Positions 12,827 through 32,750 of a DNA stretch of 64,000 nt are shown here, piece by piece. A model generated the notes under the pieces. It had not been told where the DNA came from, did not search any database, and saw only the letters and a program-made list of their open reading frames with translations. The stretch is taken from NCBI RefSeq assembly GCF_009914755.1, contig NC_060932.1; one strand, written 5' to 3'. This DNA comes from the human T2T-CHM13v2.0 reference genome, Homo sapiens. Both the position numbers and the translations under genes were made by a program. Positions within the stretch are counted from its first letter, which is position 1; each line of letters starts with the position of its first letter.

Positions 12827-13439
12827 TATTTGATTTATTACAAAAGGTGAAGGCTTTTAACCAAATCACCTCATTGACGACTCTAATAATGGGAATTTCA
12901 AGCAAGAGGTTCAAGTACTAAGAGGGGCCATGGTGGTGAGGCAGGAGGACATACCATGGGGCAGATTAGTTCTTCTAGCTCTGCCTAAATCTCACTTCTG
13001 AGATGGTGAATTACTTGACATCCTGGACTTCACACCCTCCTTCCTTCCTTTTCTTTCAGTCATCCTGTTTTGGTTTTCTGCCATCTAATCTGAGGGAATT
13101 TAGAAATGAATCACTGATTCCTGCTTTCTAGTAGTGTTCACAGAATATATTTTAAAGATGGAAGCATGGAAAGATAAATAACAAAAGCACAAGGCCATGC
13201 TGTCTGTCATCCATCCTCTTTATTGGTGTGTAGGCACTGAGGACTTACTTGCTTAATGTAATTTATAATAAGTTTTTCATCAACTATGAAATTAGTCATA
13301 GTCATGGCTCTTATGTCCTAACTCATTGCAGGTATCAGATAATGGACTTAAAATATGTGTTGTCTCTTATGTCTCTGTATTCAATAGCAATTTATTTTTC
13401 TCTGGTTTTGCCTTTATGTTAGAATGTGTATAATAACAA

Positions 13440-13850
13440 CATACCCTTTATTTGTTGTTCTCTTGTTTTGGTAGTGTCGAATTACTGGGTTGCAGAATAT
13501 GCATATTTTCCACTTTACAAGATAATGCCAAATGTCTTCCAAAGTGACTACCAGTGGGCACTCCCATTAGCATGTATGCAATTCCCAACATTTGGTATTG
13601 TTAGACTTAATTTTTGTAAGTCTTTTTTTTTGTGTGTGTATATGTGTGTGTGTGCATCTTCATATTTTCTTATTTTTCATTCTCTGAGTATTAGTAATAT
13701 TAAGCCCTTTTTCTATATATTTATTTGCCATTCAGTTTTTATTCTTCTGTGAAAAGAAATTTGTTTTTCCCCATGGTTCTCTATTTGTTTGCTGCTTTTC
13801 TTATGTATTTGGACAAGTTTTTAAAAACTTTAAAATTTAAAAAATATTTG
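13440..13850 (-). mobile_element. Ancient L1ME fragment
   Basis: gaattactgggttgcag, ccaaatgtcttccaaagtg, ccaacatttggtattgttagac. Confidence 0.55.
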
Positions 13851-13854
13851 TATA

Positions 13855-14370
13855 TTTGAAAACAGGAGCTCAAACCAATACTTGTACAAAAATGTTCATT
13901 GCAGCATTATTTATAACAGCCAAAAAGTAAAAACGACCCAAGTGTTCATCAACAGAGGAATAAACAAAATATGGCATATGTGTACAATAGAATATCATTC
14001 ATCAATAAAAAGAAAAGCATTCTGATACATGCCATGACATGAATGAACCTTGAAAAAATTCTTGTAAGTGCAATAAACCATAAGCAAAATGAGATATATT
14101 GTATAATTATACATATATAAAGTATCTACAGTAGGCAAATTCATAGACAAAATGTAGATGAGAGATTATCAGGGGCTGAGAGGAGGAGAGAATAAGGAAT
14201 TAACTGCTTAATGGTTACAGAGTTTCTCTTTGGAATAAATAAGTTTTGGAAATAGTGATGATGGTTGCACAACATTGTGAATGTAATTAATGCCACTGAA
14301 TTGCACACCTCAAATGGTAAAAATAACAAGCTTTATGTTTTACATATATTTTACCACAATAAAAATAAAT
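13855..14370 (+). mobile_element. L1MB-like 3' end
   Basis: aatgttcattgcagcattattt...gatggttgcacaacattgtgaatg...ttttaccacaataaaaataaa. Confidence 0.8.
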
Positions 14371-14374
14371 AGAT

Positions 14375-14850
14375 AGGTAAGACATATTTGTGTGGGTCTA
14401 CTTCTGAGCTCTCTATTCTGTTCCATTTATTTATGTGTCTATCCCTCCAACAGTACCGTGTTTCCATGATTTCTGTCACTATAAAATGTCTTCAATTTGT
14501 GTAGACTGAATTCTCCCACTTAGTTTTCTTTTTCAAAAGTATTTTAGCTATTCTAGTTCCTTTTCTGTATAAATTTTAGAATATCTTATCTATATCCACA
14601 ATAAAAATACCTGGAATATTGATAGGAATTGGTTAAACCTGTATTATTATGTCTTCTTCGTGGGTTGACACCTGCATCTTTATGTTTCTGTATCCTTTTT
14701 AGGTTTTCTGTATTATAGTCTAATTTGTCTTATTTAAATAATACTGCCCTAGCTCTCTTATGTTTAGTTTTGGATGGCATATCATTTTTCTTTTTTTTTC
14801 ACTTTTTAATACTTTTTATTTTAATGATATTCTATAAGCTTGATAATTAA
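14375..14850 (-). mobile_element. Old L1M ORF2 fragments
   Basis: gtgtgggtctacttctgagctctctattctgttcc; ttttagctattctag; ataaattttagaat. Confidence 0.55.
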
Positions 14851-15242
14851 ATGAAATGAATCAGTATAACAAGGTTAAAAAATCCTCAGAGTAAATAAAA
14901 AACCAAGTTTAAAAAAGTCTTCCTAAGACATACATATCAATAGTAAGCACTATTCCAGTTTATAATATTATCTAGAGATTTTAATACACGGACTCAACTC
15001 TTTCTTATTGTAATTCAACTTGCCTCATCCCAAGTTACATTTTTTAGAAAAATCTTGATCCTCATCCCTTCCCCTTCTTCTTATACCATTTTGCTTCTGC
15101 CTTACATCCAACATTTGCCATGTTTTCTCTGGAACTCCTTGTCTAATATCAACCCAGCACATCATTGCCCTAAAATCTCCCCTAGATTTCTTTCTTACTT
15201 CAATAGGCTGGCTTAATGCAATCCTTCCCTTTGTCTTTTCTG

Positions 15243-17766
<2,524 letters not shown>

Positions 17767-17928
17767 TAGTATTCTCTGATGGTAGTTTGTATTTCTGTGG
17801 GATTGGTGGTGATATCCCCTTTGTCATTTTTTATTGTGTCTATTTTATTCTTCTCTCTTTTCTTCTTTATTAGTCTTGCTAGCAATCTATCAATTTCGTT
17901 GATCTTTTCAAAAAACCAGCTCCTGGAT

Positions 17929-19011
17929 TCATTGATTTTTTTGAAGGTGTCTTTGTGTCTCTATCTCCTTCAGTTCTGCTCTGATCTTAGTTATTTCTTG
18001 CCTTCTGCTAGCTTTTGAATTTGTTTGCTCTTGCTTCTCTAGTTCTTTTACTTGTGATGTTAGGGTGTCAATTTCAGATCTCTCCTGCTTTCTCTTGTGG
18101 GCATTTAGTGCTATAAATTTCCCTCTACACACTGTTTTAAATGTGTGCCAGAGATTCTGGTATGTTGTGTCTTTGTTCTTGTTGGTTTCAAAGAACATCT
18201 TTATTTCTGCCTTCATTTCGGTATGTACCCAGCAGTCATTCAGGAGCACGTTGTTCACTTTCCATGTAGTCGAGTGGTTCTGAGTGAGTTTCTTAATCCT
18301 GAGTTCTAGTTTGATTGCACTGTGGTCTGAGAGACAGTTTGTTAAAATCTCTGTTCTTTTACATTTGCTGAGGAGTGCTTTACTTCCAACTATGTGGTCA
18401 ATTTTGGAATAAGTGCAATGTGGTGCTGAGAAGAATGTATATTCTGTTGATTTGCAGTGGAGAGTTCTGTAGATGTCTATTAGGTCCGCTTGGTGCAGAG
18501 CTGAGTTCAATTCCTGGATATCCTTGTTAACTTTCTGTCTCATTGATCTGTCTAATGTCGACAGTGGGGTGTTAACATCTCCCATTATTATTGTGTGGGA
18601 GTCTAAGTCTCTTTGTAGTTCTGTAAGGACTTGCTTTATGAATCTGGGTGCTCCTGTATTGGGTGCATATATATTTAGGACAGTTAGCTCTTCTTGTTGA
18701 ATTGATCCCTTTACCATTATGTAGTGGCCTTCTTCATCTCTTTTGATCTTTGTTGGTTTAAAGTCTGTTTTATCAGAGACTAGGATTGCAGCCCCTGCCT
18801 TTTTTTGTTTTCCATTTGCTTGGTAGATCTTCCTCCATCCCTTTATTTTGAACCTATGTGTGTCTCTGCATGTGAGATGGGTCTCCTGAATACAGCACAC
18901 TGATGGGTCTTGACACTTTATCCAATTTGCCAGTCTGTGTCTTTTAGTTGGAGCATTTAGCCCATTTACATTTAAGGTCAATATTGTTATGTGTGAATTT
19001 GATCCTGTCAT
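17929..19011 (-). pseudogene. L1 ORF2 endonuclease domain, open for 360 aa then frameshifted
   Basis: ORF track; motifs LNVNGLN, IQETH, NIYAP, GDVNT, SKIDH, LSDH. Confidence 0.9.
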
Positions 19012-19074
19012 TATGATGTTAGCTGGTTATTTTGCGCATTAGTTGATGCAGTTTCTTCCTAGCATCGATGGTCT

Positions 19075-20090
19075 TTACATTTTGGTATGTTTTTGCAGTG
19101 GCTGGTACCAGTTGTTCCATTCCATGTTTAGTGCTTCTTTCAGGAGCTCTTGTAGGGCAGGCCTGGTGGTGACAAAATCTCTCAGCATTTGCTTTTCTGT
19201 AAAGGATTTTATTTCTTCCTCACTTATGAATCTTAGTTTGGCTGGATATGAAATTCTGGTTTGAAAATTCTTTTCTTTAAGTATGTTGAATATTGTCCCC
19301 TACTCCCTTCTGGCTTGTAGAGTTTCTGCCAAGAGATCCACAGTTAATCTGATGGGCTTCCCTTTGTGGGTAACCCGACCTTTCTCTCTGGCTGCCCTTA
19401 ACATTTTTTCCTTCATTTCAACTTTGGTGAATCTGACAATTATGTGTCTTGGAGTTGCTCTTCTCGAGGAGTATTTTTGTGGTGTTCTCTGTATTTCCTG
19501 AATTTGAATGTTGGCCTGCCTTGCTAGATTGGGGAAGTTCTCCTGGATGATATCTGGCAGAGTGTTTTCCAACTTGGTTCCATTCTCCCCGTCACTTTCA
19601 GGTACACCAATCAGACTTAGATTTGGTCTTTTCACATACTCCCATATTTCTTGGAGGTTTTGTTCATTTCTTTTTATTCTTTTTCCTCTAAACTTCTCTT
19701 CTAGCTTTATTTCATTAATTTGATCTTCAATCACTGATAACCTTTCTTCCAGTTGATCGAATCAGTTACTGAAGCTTGTGCATTCATCACATAGTTCTCG
19801 TGCCATAGTTTTCAACTCCATCAGGTCATTTAAGGACTTCTCTTCACTGGTTATTCTAGTTAGCCATTTGCCTAATCTTTTTTCAAGGTTTTTAGCTTCT
19901 TTGCGATGGATTCAAACATCCTCCTTTAGCTTGGAGAAGTTTGATCTTCTGAAGCCTTCTCCTCTCAACTCGTCAAAGTCATTCTCCATCCAGCTTTGTT
20001 CCATTGCTGGTGAGAGCTGCGTTCTTTTGGAGGGGGAGAGGTGCTCTGATTTTTAGAATTTTCAGCTTTTCTGCTCTGTTTATTCCCCAT
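19075..20090 (-). pseudogene. L1 ORF1, disrupted
   Basis: Start MGNKQSRK; RPNLSLIGVPE and PRHIIVRF fragments; not one continuous ORF in the track. Confidence 0.88.
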
Positions 20091-20656
20091 CTTTGTGGTT
20101 TTATCTACCTTTGGGCTTTGATGACGGTGACGTGCAGGTGGGGTTTTGGTGTGGATGTCCTTTCTGTTTGTTTCTAACACTCAGGACCCTCAGCTACAGG
20201 TCTGTTGGAGTTTGCTGGAGGTCCGCTCCAGACCCTGTTTGCCTGGGTATTAGCAGCAGAGGCTGCAGAACAACGAATATTGCTGAACAGCAAATGTTGC
20301 TGCCTGATCGTTCCTCTGGAAGCTTCATCTCAGAGGGGTACCCAGTCGTGTGAGGTGTCAATCTGCCCCTACTGGGTGGTGCCTCCCAGTTAGGCTACTC
20401 GGGGGTCAGGGACCCACTTGAGGAGGCAGTCTGTCTGTTCTCAGATCTCAAACTCTGTGCTGGGAGAACCACTACTGCCTTCAAAGCTGTCAGACAGGGA
20501 CATTTAAATCTGCAGAGGTTTCTGCTGCCTTTTGTTCGGCTATACCCTGCCCCGAGAGGTGGAGTCTACAGAGGCAGGCAGGCCTCCTTGAGCTGTGGTG
20601 GGCTCCACCCAGTTCGAGCTACCCAGCTGCTTTGTTTACCTACTGAAGCCTCAGCA

Positions 20657-21016
20657 ATGGTGGGCACCCCTCCCACAGCCTCGCTGCTGCCTTGCAGTTC
20701 CATCTCAGACCGCTGTGCTAGCAATGAGCAAGGCTCTATGGGCATGGGACCCTCCAAGCCAGGCACAGTATATAATCTCCTCATGTGCCATTTGCTAAGA
20801 CCCTTGGAAGAGCACAGTATTAGGGTGGGAGTGACCCGATTTTCCAGGTGCTGTCTGTTATGGCTTCCCTTGGCTATGAAAGGGAATTCCCTGACTGCTT
20901 GCACTTTCCAGGTGAGGTGTTGCCTCGCCCTGCTTTGGCTCTTGCTTGACAGGCCGCACCCACTGTCTTGCACCCACTGTCCGACATGCCCCAGTGAGAT
21001 AAACCTGGTACCTTAG
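20657..21016 (+). CDS. L1 antisense ORF0-like frame, C-terminally extended (119 aa); expression unknown
   Basis: MVGTPPTASLLPCSSISDRCASNEQGSMGMGPSKPG...IRVGVTRFSRC resembles primate L1 ORF0; start context gcaATGg. Confidence 0.5.
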   Translation: MVGTPPTASLLPCSSISDRCASNEQGSMGMGPSKPGTVYNLLMCHLLRPLEEHSIRVGVTRFSRCCLLWLPLAMKGNSLTACTFQVRCCLALLWLLLDRPHPLSCTHCPTCPSEINLVP

Positions 21017-21089
21017 TTGGAAATGGAGAAATCACCCATCTTCTGCATCGCTCATGCTGGGAGCTGTAGATTGTAGCTGTTCCTATTCC

Positions 21090-25560
<4,471 letters not shown>

Positions 25561-25929
25561 AGATATATATAATCTATATTTGCCGACCACAGCAGATTAT
25601 AAGATAACAATTAACAATAAGAGCAATGTTAATAGCATAAACGCTATTAGAAATCAAAAGTGGTATTGACAACAAAAATAAATAAATACAGGAAAACCAG
25701 ACACCTTAAATATAAGAACTTAAGAAGCACAATTATTTGGGAGCATTTATCTCAGGATCATCTTTATAACTCCAAATGATACCCTTTCTTAGCACAGCAT
25801 AATTATTGATGATTAAAATGATGACTTGAAAAGTCAGAAAAAATGTGTTACATGTTCAGCACTCTCATTTAAAAAGGCAGCGAAATGTGAACCATTACAG
25901 AGATTCCTGCCTTTTCTCTCTTCTAGGTG

Positions 25930-26315
25930 TTTGATTCCAAGTTTCTTCTTGCCTCAAGGGCCTTGATAAGGCCTTGTCTGCTATGTGGAAGGCTCTTTTT
26001 TTCCTTTCTCTTTACCTGGCTAATTTCTGTTTATCTTTCTGGTTTTAACCTACCATTACTTCCTCAAAGAAGTCCTCCCTGATTTTTCAGTCAATATTAA
26101 GTTTCTCTGTTATACACACTCTCATTGTACCCTAGACATTTCATCTATGGAGCTTAGTCATAATTATAGCAATTTCCACATTCATTTGTTTGGTGTTTAT
26201 CAACACCACTATACTATGAACTCCATGAATGCATTGACCGTATCTGTTTTAGCTATTGCTAAAACATTGCCCAGTGAATGATAGATTTCAAAAAATAACT
26301 TTTCGAATAAATAAT
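25930..26315 (+). mobile_element. L2 3' end
   Basis: ttgcctcaagggcctt...acttcctcaaagaagtcctccctga...aactccatga...gaataaataatg. Confidence 0.65.
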
Positions 26316-29300
26316 GTTCAACCAAAAACAGAAACAAATGTCAACATGTTGCAATACATCTATGAGACTTCGGTTTTAGTAAAAGCATGCAGTACGACTA
26401 AATTCCTTATATATGCGTTTATTTCTTCTTAATACCTGGTAACAGTGTATGTGCTAAATATATGTTGAAGAAATAATGCTAAACGACAATGAATCACATT
26501 GGGGTTATTTTTCCTTATAGCCAGTGCTTTTCAGCACCTGAGAGTTGACAGTAACTGGATATTTTCACATTTTAATTACAAATTTAAATAGGCATCTATT
26601 TTCTTTTAAAATAGAGAAAGATACTTTAAAATTGTATTTGTTGTCAGATGCAACAACGTTGCAAATATAGAAAAATGCAACAGTATGTGTTTAATTAGCC
26701 ACTTCAAACCCCACAGTTATTCCCATTTTACTTTTTTGGATCATAAACACTCTGTAGAGTCAAACTACCACAAGTAAGTACATTTGTCTCACCAAGTATT
26801 CCCCACATGGAAGCTGATATATTCTATAACTAATGATACCCATTTGGTAGCTAGAGACAAAAATGTGTTTCCTGGGAGAAAAAAAAAAACAACAAAGGTT
26901 ATGTTTTAATGTAATGGAAGATTAGAAATCCTAAGCAATTTGCTTATCAATCAAAACATTGGAAATTTTGAAAAAAGGAGCTGTCTAGTTAACAGAGTTT
27001 TCACCTGGGGCTCATTAGTGGTTCTAAAAGTGGGTCTTTCTCTAGTTTCTAACTAATGTGCTGCTGGGAGTTAGGCCAGGTGTTCCTTACACTGATTTCC
27101 ACTCAAAGCAACTTTATCTGAAAGCCCATCACCTTCACACCACACAAGTGCAACTCTGTTCACTGGTTTCAGTAAATTAGCTCAGTCTCTACTACTGTGC
27201 AAAGACCAAGATGAGTGGCTGGTTTCAAATAATAAGCACTGAGGACCCTAAATTATTTTGCCAGTTTGTCTTTTGTTAATGGGAATTCAAGCTGTTCAAA
27301 TTCAGTTGTTGTTTTCTTTTTTCCTTTTTAAAAACTTGTCTTGCCATATTGAAGGAATTAAGTAAGAGTCCTCTTAGTCACTTTAACGAATTTGTTGAGC
27401 AGTTAAAGCAGCAGGATAATATTTTTAAATGAAAAAATTTAAGTTTACAACCATTTAGAGTTTACAAACAATACCTATTTGTCTTCTACCATGTCTCAAT
27501 GAGAGTAACTGTCACTCAGCATGGCAGAGGAACTTGCCCCAATTCAGTCTGGTTTCTCCTTTCAAACTTCCCCACAGTTTTCCATAGCTAGAGCAGACTT
27601 CCATTCCTCTTGTACTATGCCTTGCTGAGACATCCCTTGACACATTCTTTCCTTTAATTTAATGTAAGACCTGGCCTTAAAATCTTTCTGTGTTATAGAC
27701 TTCCTTTTGAAATCTTGGGCAGCTCTGAAAACAGAAAACATAAAACTGCACCAGACTGTACCAAAACCTGTCCTGAGGGCGATTCAGCAGGTTTGATTAT
27801 ATGCCAAGTACCTGTGAATACCCCAGGCTGAAGAGCTTTCATAAGCCATTATGAAAATAATGTAATTTTAATGATTTAGGGAAATGGGAAACAAGGAATA
27901 AAGGATCATAAGGGGGAGACAACCTACAACTCCAGGGTAAACAGGGAGTCAGAGAAAGGTAGAAAGAAAGAAGCTTAAGACAGGTAATGGCAGAATGAAT
28001 ATATTATAATTCTGAAAGCGAATTTCAGTATAATGAGTGACAGTATATTTCAGCTGTGTCTTCTAGATTAGATCAGGAGAATTTAATTCATATGGCAGAG
28101 AAGAGAATTGTGTCCTGTGTACTTAGAAGAGGACATGGGTTTCTATCTTCTTTGAGAAAGCAGAAAGACCATTTTCACGATCACTGATTATATAAAGACC
28201 TGTATTAGACTGACCACATCCTGATGCACGTGGGGAGGAAATGCACTTGGCATGTGGAATAATCTGGGACCATAAGTATCCTCTTGCTAGAGAGGATTTG
28301 TATGTTTTCCTGAGTCTCTTTTAAAGGGCAATAAAATTTTTTTCACTTGGAAGTTGCATGTAATACATTCTGGGAATAGTGCCTTGTCGTTAAATATTGA
28401 GTAATTTATGGTATCAAGAAGAACCAACTCCTAAATTTGTTCATTTTACTTCCACTATAGTGTCCAGAGAGGATGGTGGATAGTGTTTTCACCAGATGAG
28501 GCCTTTTTTTGGGGTACTGATTTATATGACTGCCCTGATGGGTGAGAAAGAACTTAGCAAGACTCTCCCTAGCTGTGTGATGCTCCCTGTTTACCATCAG
28601 AACAAGGAATGACTCCACATCCCATCCCATTTCTCCCATGATCAGGGCATCTGTGTTCTAGAGAGACCCATGGGCTTCCTCTTCCATAAAGTAGCTGCGG
28701 GCATACCTCTTACCTTGCCTTAGGCTTCTAAAATACTAAATGCACATACTGAATCTACTTGCTCCTGTTACTCTTAGAGAAATGAGACAGTGGGTAAAAA
28801 TCCACCTCCTTGCTTCCAAAGAGAGAGTGGTTGTTTGTGTTTGGAATATTAGGTCAATCTAGGAGCAACACTGAAATCCATTCGCCTGCTTGACCAATTA
28901 GGATAGCATAGGATGTGGTCTATACAGTCAGTCACAAAGAACCATCATCAACAGATGATCTTGTTTAATTGTAAAGGACTTTTCTCTCACGTACTTTTAA
29001 AGTATTTAAATAACCCTCTAAGAGTGGATAACTATCACCCAGGTGGTTTTTCTGGATGAGTTGGATGAAGGTGGTAGAAATCATTTATATAAATGTATTT
29101 GAAAAACCATGAAATCACTTTTCCCCCATAGGCCTGTGCTGAAACCACTTTCTGGTTGTTAAGCCTTAACAAACAAACAGAAACCCTTTCAAGCCACTGA
29201 GAAGGTGTTATAGTTATGGTATGGCACCTGTAGTTAAAGATATAGGGGCTATACAATTTGGAACTAGAAATTAATTCAATAAATCTCATAAATTTTGCTG

Positions 29301-29904
29301 ATGTTTGGGTCCAATATACAGTCCATGATACCTTAAGGAGGTAAACACTGGATTTAATTGTTCACTTCAGAAACTAGTTGAGCTGTTTCTGCTGCTCCTA
29401 TCAGCCTTTGGTAAAAACACACATACTCGATCAATCTAAAATATGGGTGATTTATGATCCTCAGCAGGTATTTATTTGAGAAGGAAATCACAGCAGGTCC
29501 TGGTTCATACTCGTATATGGCCCTCACAAAACTCAGCCTACTGACTACCTTTCAAAAAATTATACATGTGTAACTCCAGTCCTTGTTTTGCTTTTAATGA
29601 TACCAATGTAACTGAGACCTTCCATTTACCTGGTTTGGTAACCTGTAAGTGGGACCATAGGTTCTGGTTCAGGAAGTCAAAATCTCAAATAAAAACTAGG
29701 TATATAATGAACTCCCTATTTTTGGATTTGCGGCAGACAGAGGCAAGCGCATAGTTTTGGACTATATCTTGAAGCTAAATCTCCTCCTTAGAGAGGTAAT
29801 ATGAGTGTAGGAAAAGTGAACTTTGCTCTGTGAGAGGCTGTGAATGTCCCTAATAAACTTGTGTCCAAAACAAAAGAGAAAAAGAGAGAAAGAATGAAAA
29901 GAAG

Positions 29905-29981
29905 GAAGGGGGAAGGAAGGAAGGAAGGAAGGAAGGAAGGAAGGAAGGAAGGAAGGAAGGAAGGAAGGAAGGAAGGAAGGA
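29905..29981. repeat. (GGAA)n microsatellite
   Basis: Long uninterrupted ggaa run. Confidence 0.97.
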
Positions 29982-30769
29982 GTGAACACAGGTCTTATCA
30001 GGGTCTTATGCTATTTAGTGTTCCTTTTTAGTATTTCTTTTGAACAACAACACTCAGGAATTAAATAATATTCTCTGTCCAGCATGTTTAATGTGCTTTC
30101 ATTCCTGTCCTATGGCTTTCTCCATCTCCAAGTCATGAATTATTTCTGCAGCCCACTCACTTTCCACCCTAACTTTCTTACTTCTGTTATTCTGCTCTTA
30201 CAGCTTTCTGTCTAAATATTTTTTTCTTTCTTCATTCTCTATACAAAGAGTAAAATTGTCCTCATGAGTTTCACATGTGACTAAATTTTTAACTACTATA
30301 TGAATTTTTGTTGTTGACTTTTATAAAACTAGTTTTTACTTGCTATTAATTTAATATGAAAGCTATAGACTATAGCTTATTTGGAATATTATTTGGAATA
30401 TTATATTATATTACAAGAACTAGGAATTTCTATGAAAAACCCCAAAGAAAAAAAGAGATCCTGAAAGGTCAAATAGGTAACTAGATTACAATGAATATAT
30501 TAACAAGAGTGGTCTAATATTTTTCAAAGTAGATTAGGAAGAGGATGCAACCTTCAGGAATCATCCCCGCTAAGAAGAGACTGTCATAGCCTTTGCCATT
30601 TTCAACCAGTTCCTTACAATATCTGGGGTCTGATAATTTCAAGAAAATGGGAATCTGTTTGGGGTTAGCTTTGGGATTTGTGGCACATTTTTGTAAGTCT
30701 TAGATCATGTAAAAAGCTTATCAATAGTAATGAAGATCTCTGTAATGAGATTTCTTAATTTCCTATGTG

Positions 30770-32750
30770 ATTTCCTTCTGGTTGCGAGGATTGTTTAGAA
30801 ATACATGACTTGGCTTCTATTTTTTATTTTAAAAACTATCATTTTATTACTAACTCATAGTTTTATTTTATCATAAGAGGGAAACTAAATTCTGTATGTT
30901 ATCTATCATTTAAGATTTATTTAGTCCTAAGTTTTGAGTTCCTTATGTGGCTAATGTGTGGTTTGCTCTTGTAAATATTCCTTGACTATTTTCTGTTTGA
31001 TATAGAGTATTATACATGTCTAAAAGCTTGAGCCTATTAAGTATATTGGCATTTCCTTGATATCTCTACTTAGTTTATGTCTACTTGATTGAATTAGTTT
31101 ATGAGACGAATGTGCTAAAATCTTTAGCTATAATAATTGATTTTTCCATCTGAAATTCTATCAGATTTTCTTTTTGCTATTTTGAGGCTGTCCATGTAGG
31201 TTTATAATATCTTCTTTTTTTCTTTGTTCCTTTAGCCATTATTTAACATTTCCCTTTATGTCATTATATTGTGTTGTGTAGTACAATTGCTACCTTAGGA
31301 ATCTTTTGATATACATTTTTCTGGTCTATCTTTTTTCTTTTATTTTCAACCTCTCTGTGTCTTCTGTTTTAAGTGTGTCCCTTCTGGACAATATATTAAT
31401 TGGTTTGATTTTTTGTATCCAATATGAGAACTTCTGTCTCTTAATTAGTAAATTTGACTCATATACGTTTATTGAAATTACTTCATGTTAGAATTTATTT
31501 CTTAAATTTCATTTTATATCTTTCCTTTCCTTTTTTCATTTTGAGGTGGCTTTCCATTGGATAGTTCAAGTTCTCGTCTATAATTCTAAAAGTTAAACCT
31601 TATAATTTTGTCTCTACTGTGGTTACTTGCCTCAAACTCATATTCAGTTTTATTCACTTTTCTTGAATTCTTAAACATATTAAATTTTAAAAAATAAGAA
31701 CCTGGAACATTGTCTCCTTCAGCACCACATTATATTGATACTGTAAAAGTTTATTTACAGGTTGTTGATAGATATACTTCCTTTTGTTACTTTGAGCCTT
31801 ACTCGTCTCATTGTTTTGCTTTATCACTTCAAGGAATGATAAACTTCAAAGTCATTGATTTCTTTTACAATTAATAACTTATGAACTAGCTCCTAAATTT
31901 TTCTCTTCACATTATTTGAATACTTTCTCTAAGAGTGTTTTCAAGGTAGATCTTTGCGTAGAAAATCTGAGGCCTGATGTGTCACTGAGTATTTGTATTA
32001 CACATTCATATTTTAATAACATTTTAGCTTGTTATCAAATTTTGGAATAAAGTTATTTTTCTTTAATACGTACAAATATTAGTGTATTGTGTATCTAGCA
32101 TTGCTGTTGGTAAGTCTGATCGCAACTTTATTTTTATTCTTTTGTAGATGATCTGTTATTTCCTTCTGCATGCTTTTAGAATCTCTCTTGGTATTTGATA
32201 TTCTTAAGCCTCACTTCGTTTGATATTTTTAAGTCTCTATTGTTAAATCCCCCCACTTCTTATCTGTACTGTTTAACACATTCAAATAGAAGTCTTTATC
32301 TTTTATTAATTGTAAAAAAATTATGTTTTTTCAAAGATTTTTTCTTCTCTTCATATGCTTTCTTTCTGGTACTCTTATCACGCATATGTTGGCACTTCTA
32401 CATCTGTCCTTTATATCTATTACTTCTCTTTGTCTATATTTTCTCTTTTTACATATTTAAAATTTTCTTCTTGGAGAATTACTGAATCAGGCTTTCTATC
32501 TCTTTAAAATTCTTCAACTGCACCCAACCTATTGTTCGTCCCATCTACCATGCTCTTTATGTCAGTGTTTGTATTTTATTTATCTAATATTTCCACTTTT
32601 TGATTATTTCTGGTTCTTGATTTATGTTACAAATATTCCCTATGATCTCTCCTTTAAATATTCTTATCAGGATATTGGAAATTCTTGATTTTCACAACTC
32701 TGCTTCAGTGGCATATGTTTAGCTTTTTGTCTTCTGAATTAATTGGGCTT
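30770..32750 (-). mobile_element. Ancient L1ME-like fragments
   Basis: gtatccaatatgagaacttctgtctcttaattag; gctgttggtaagtctgat; T-rich antisense composition. Confidence 0.55.

Noticed and set aside
29762-30031. ORFs with PSFL and GRKE repeats
   Set aside because: Translations of the GGAA microsatellite
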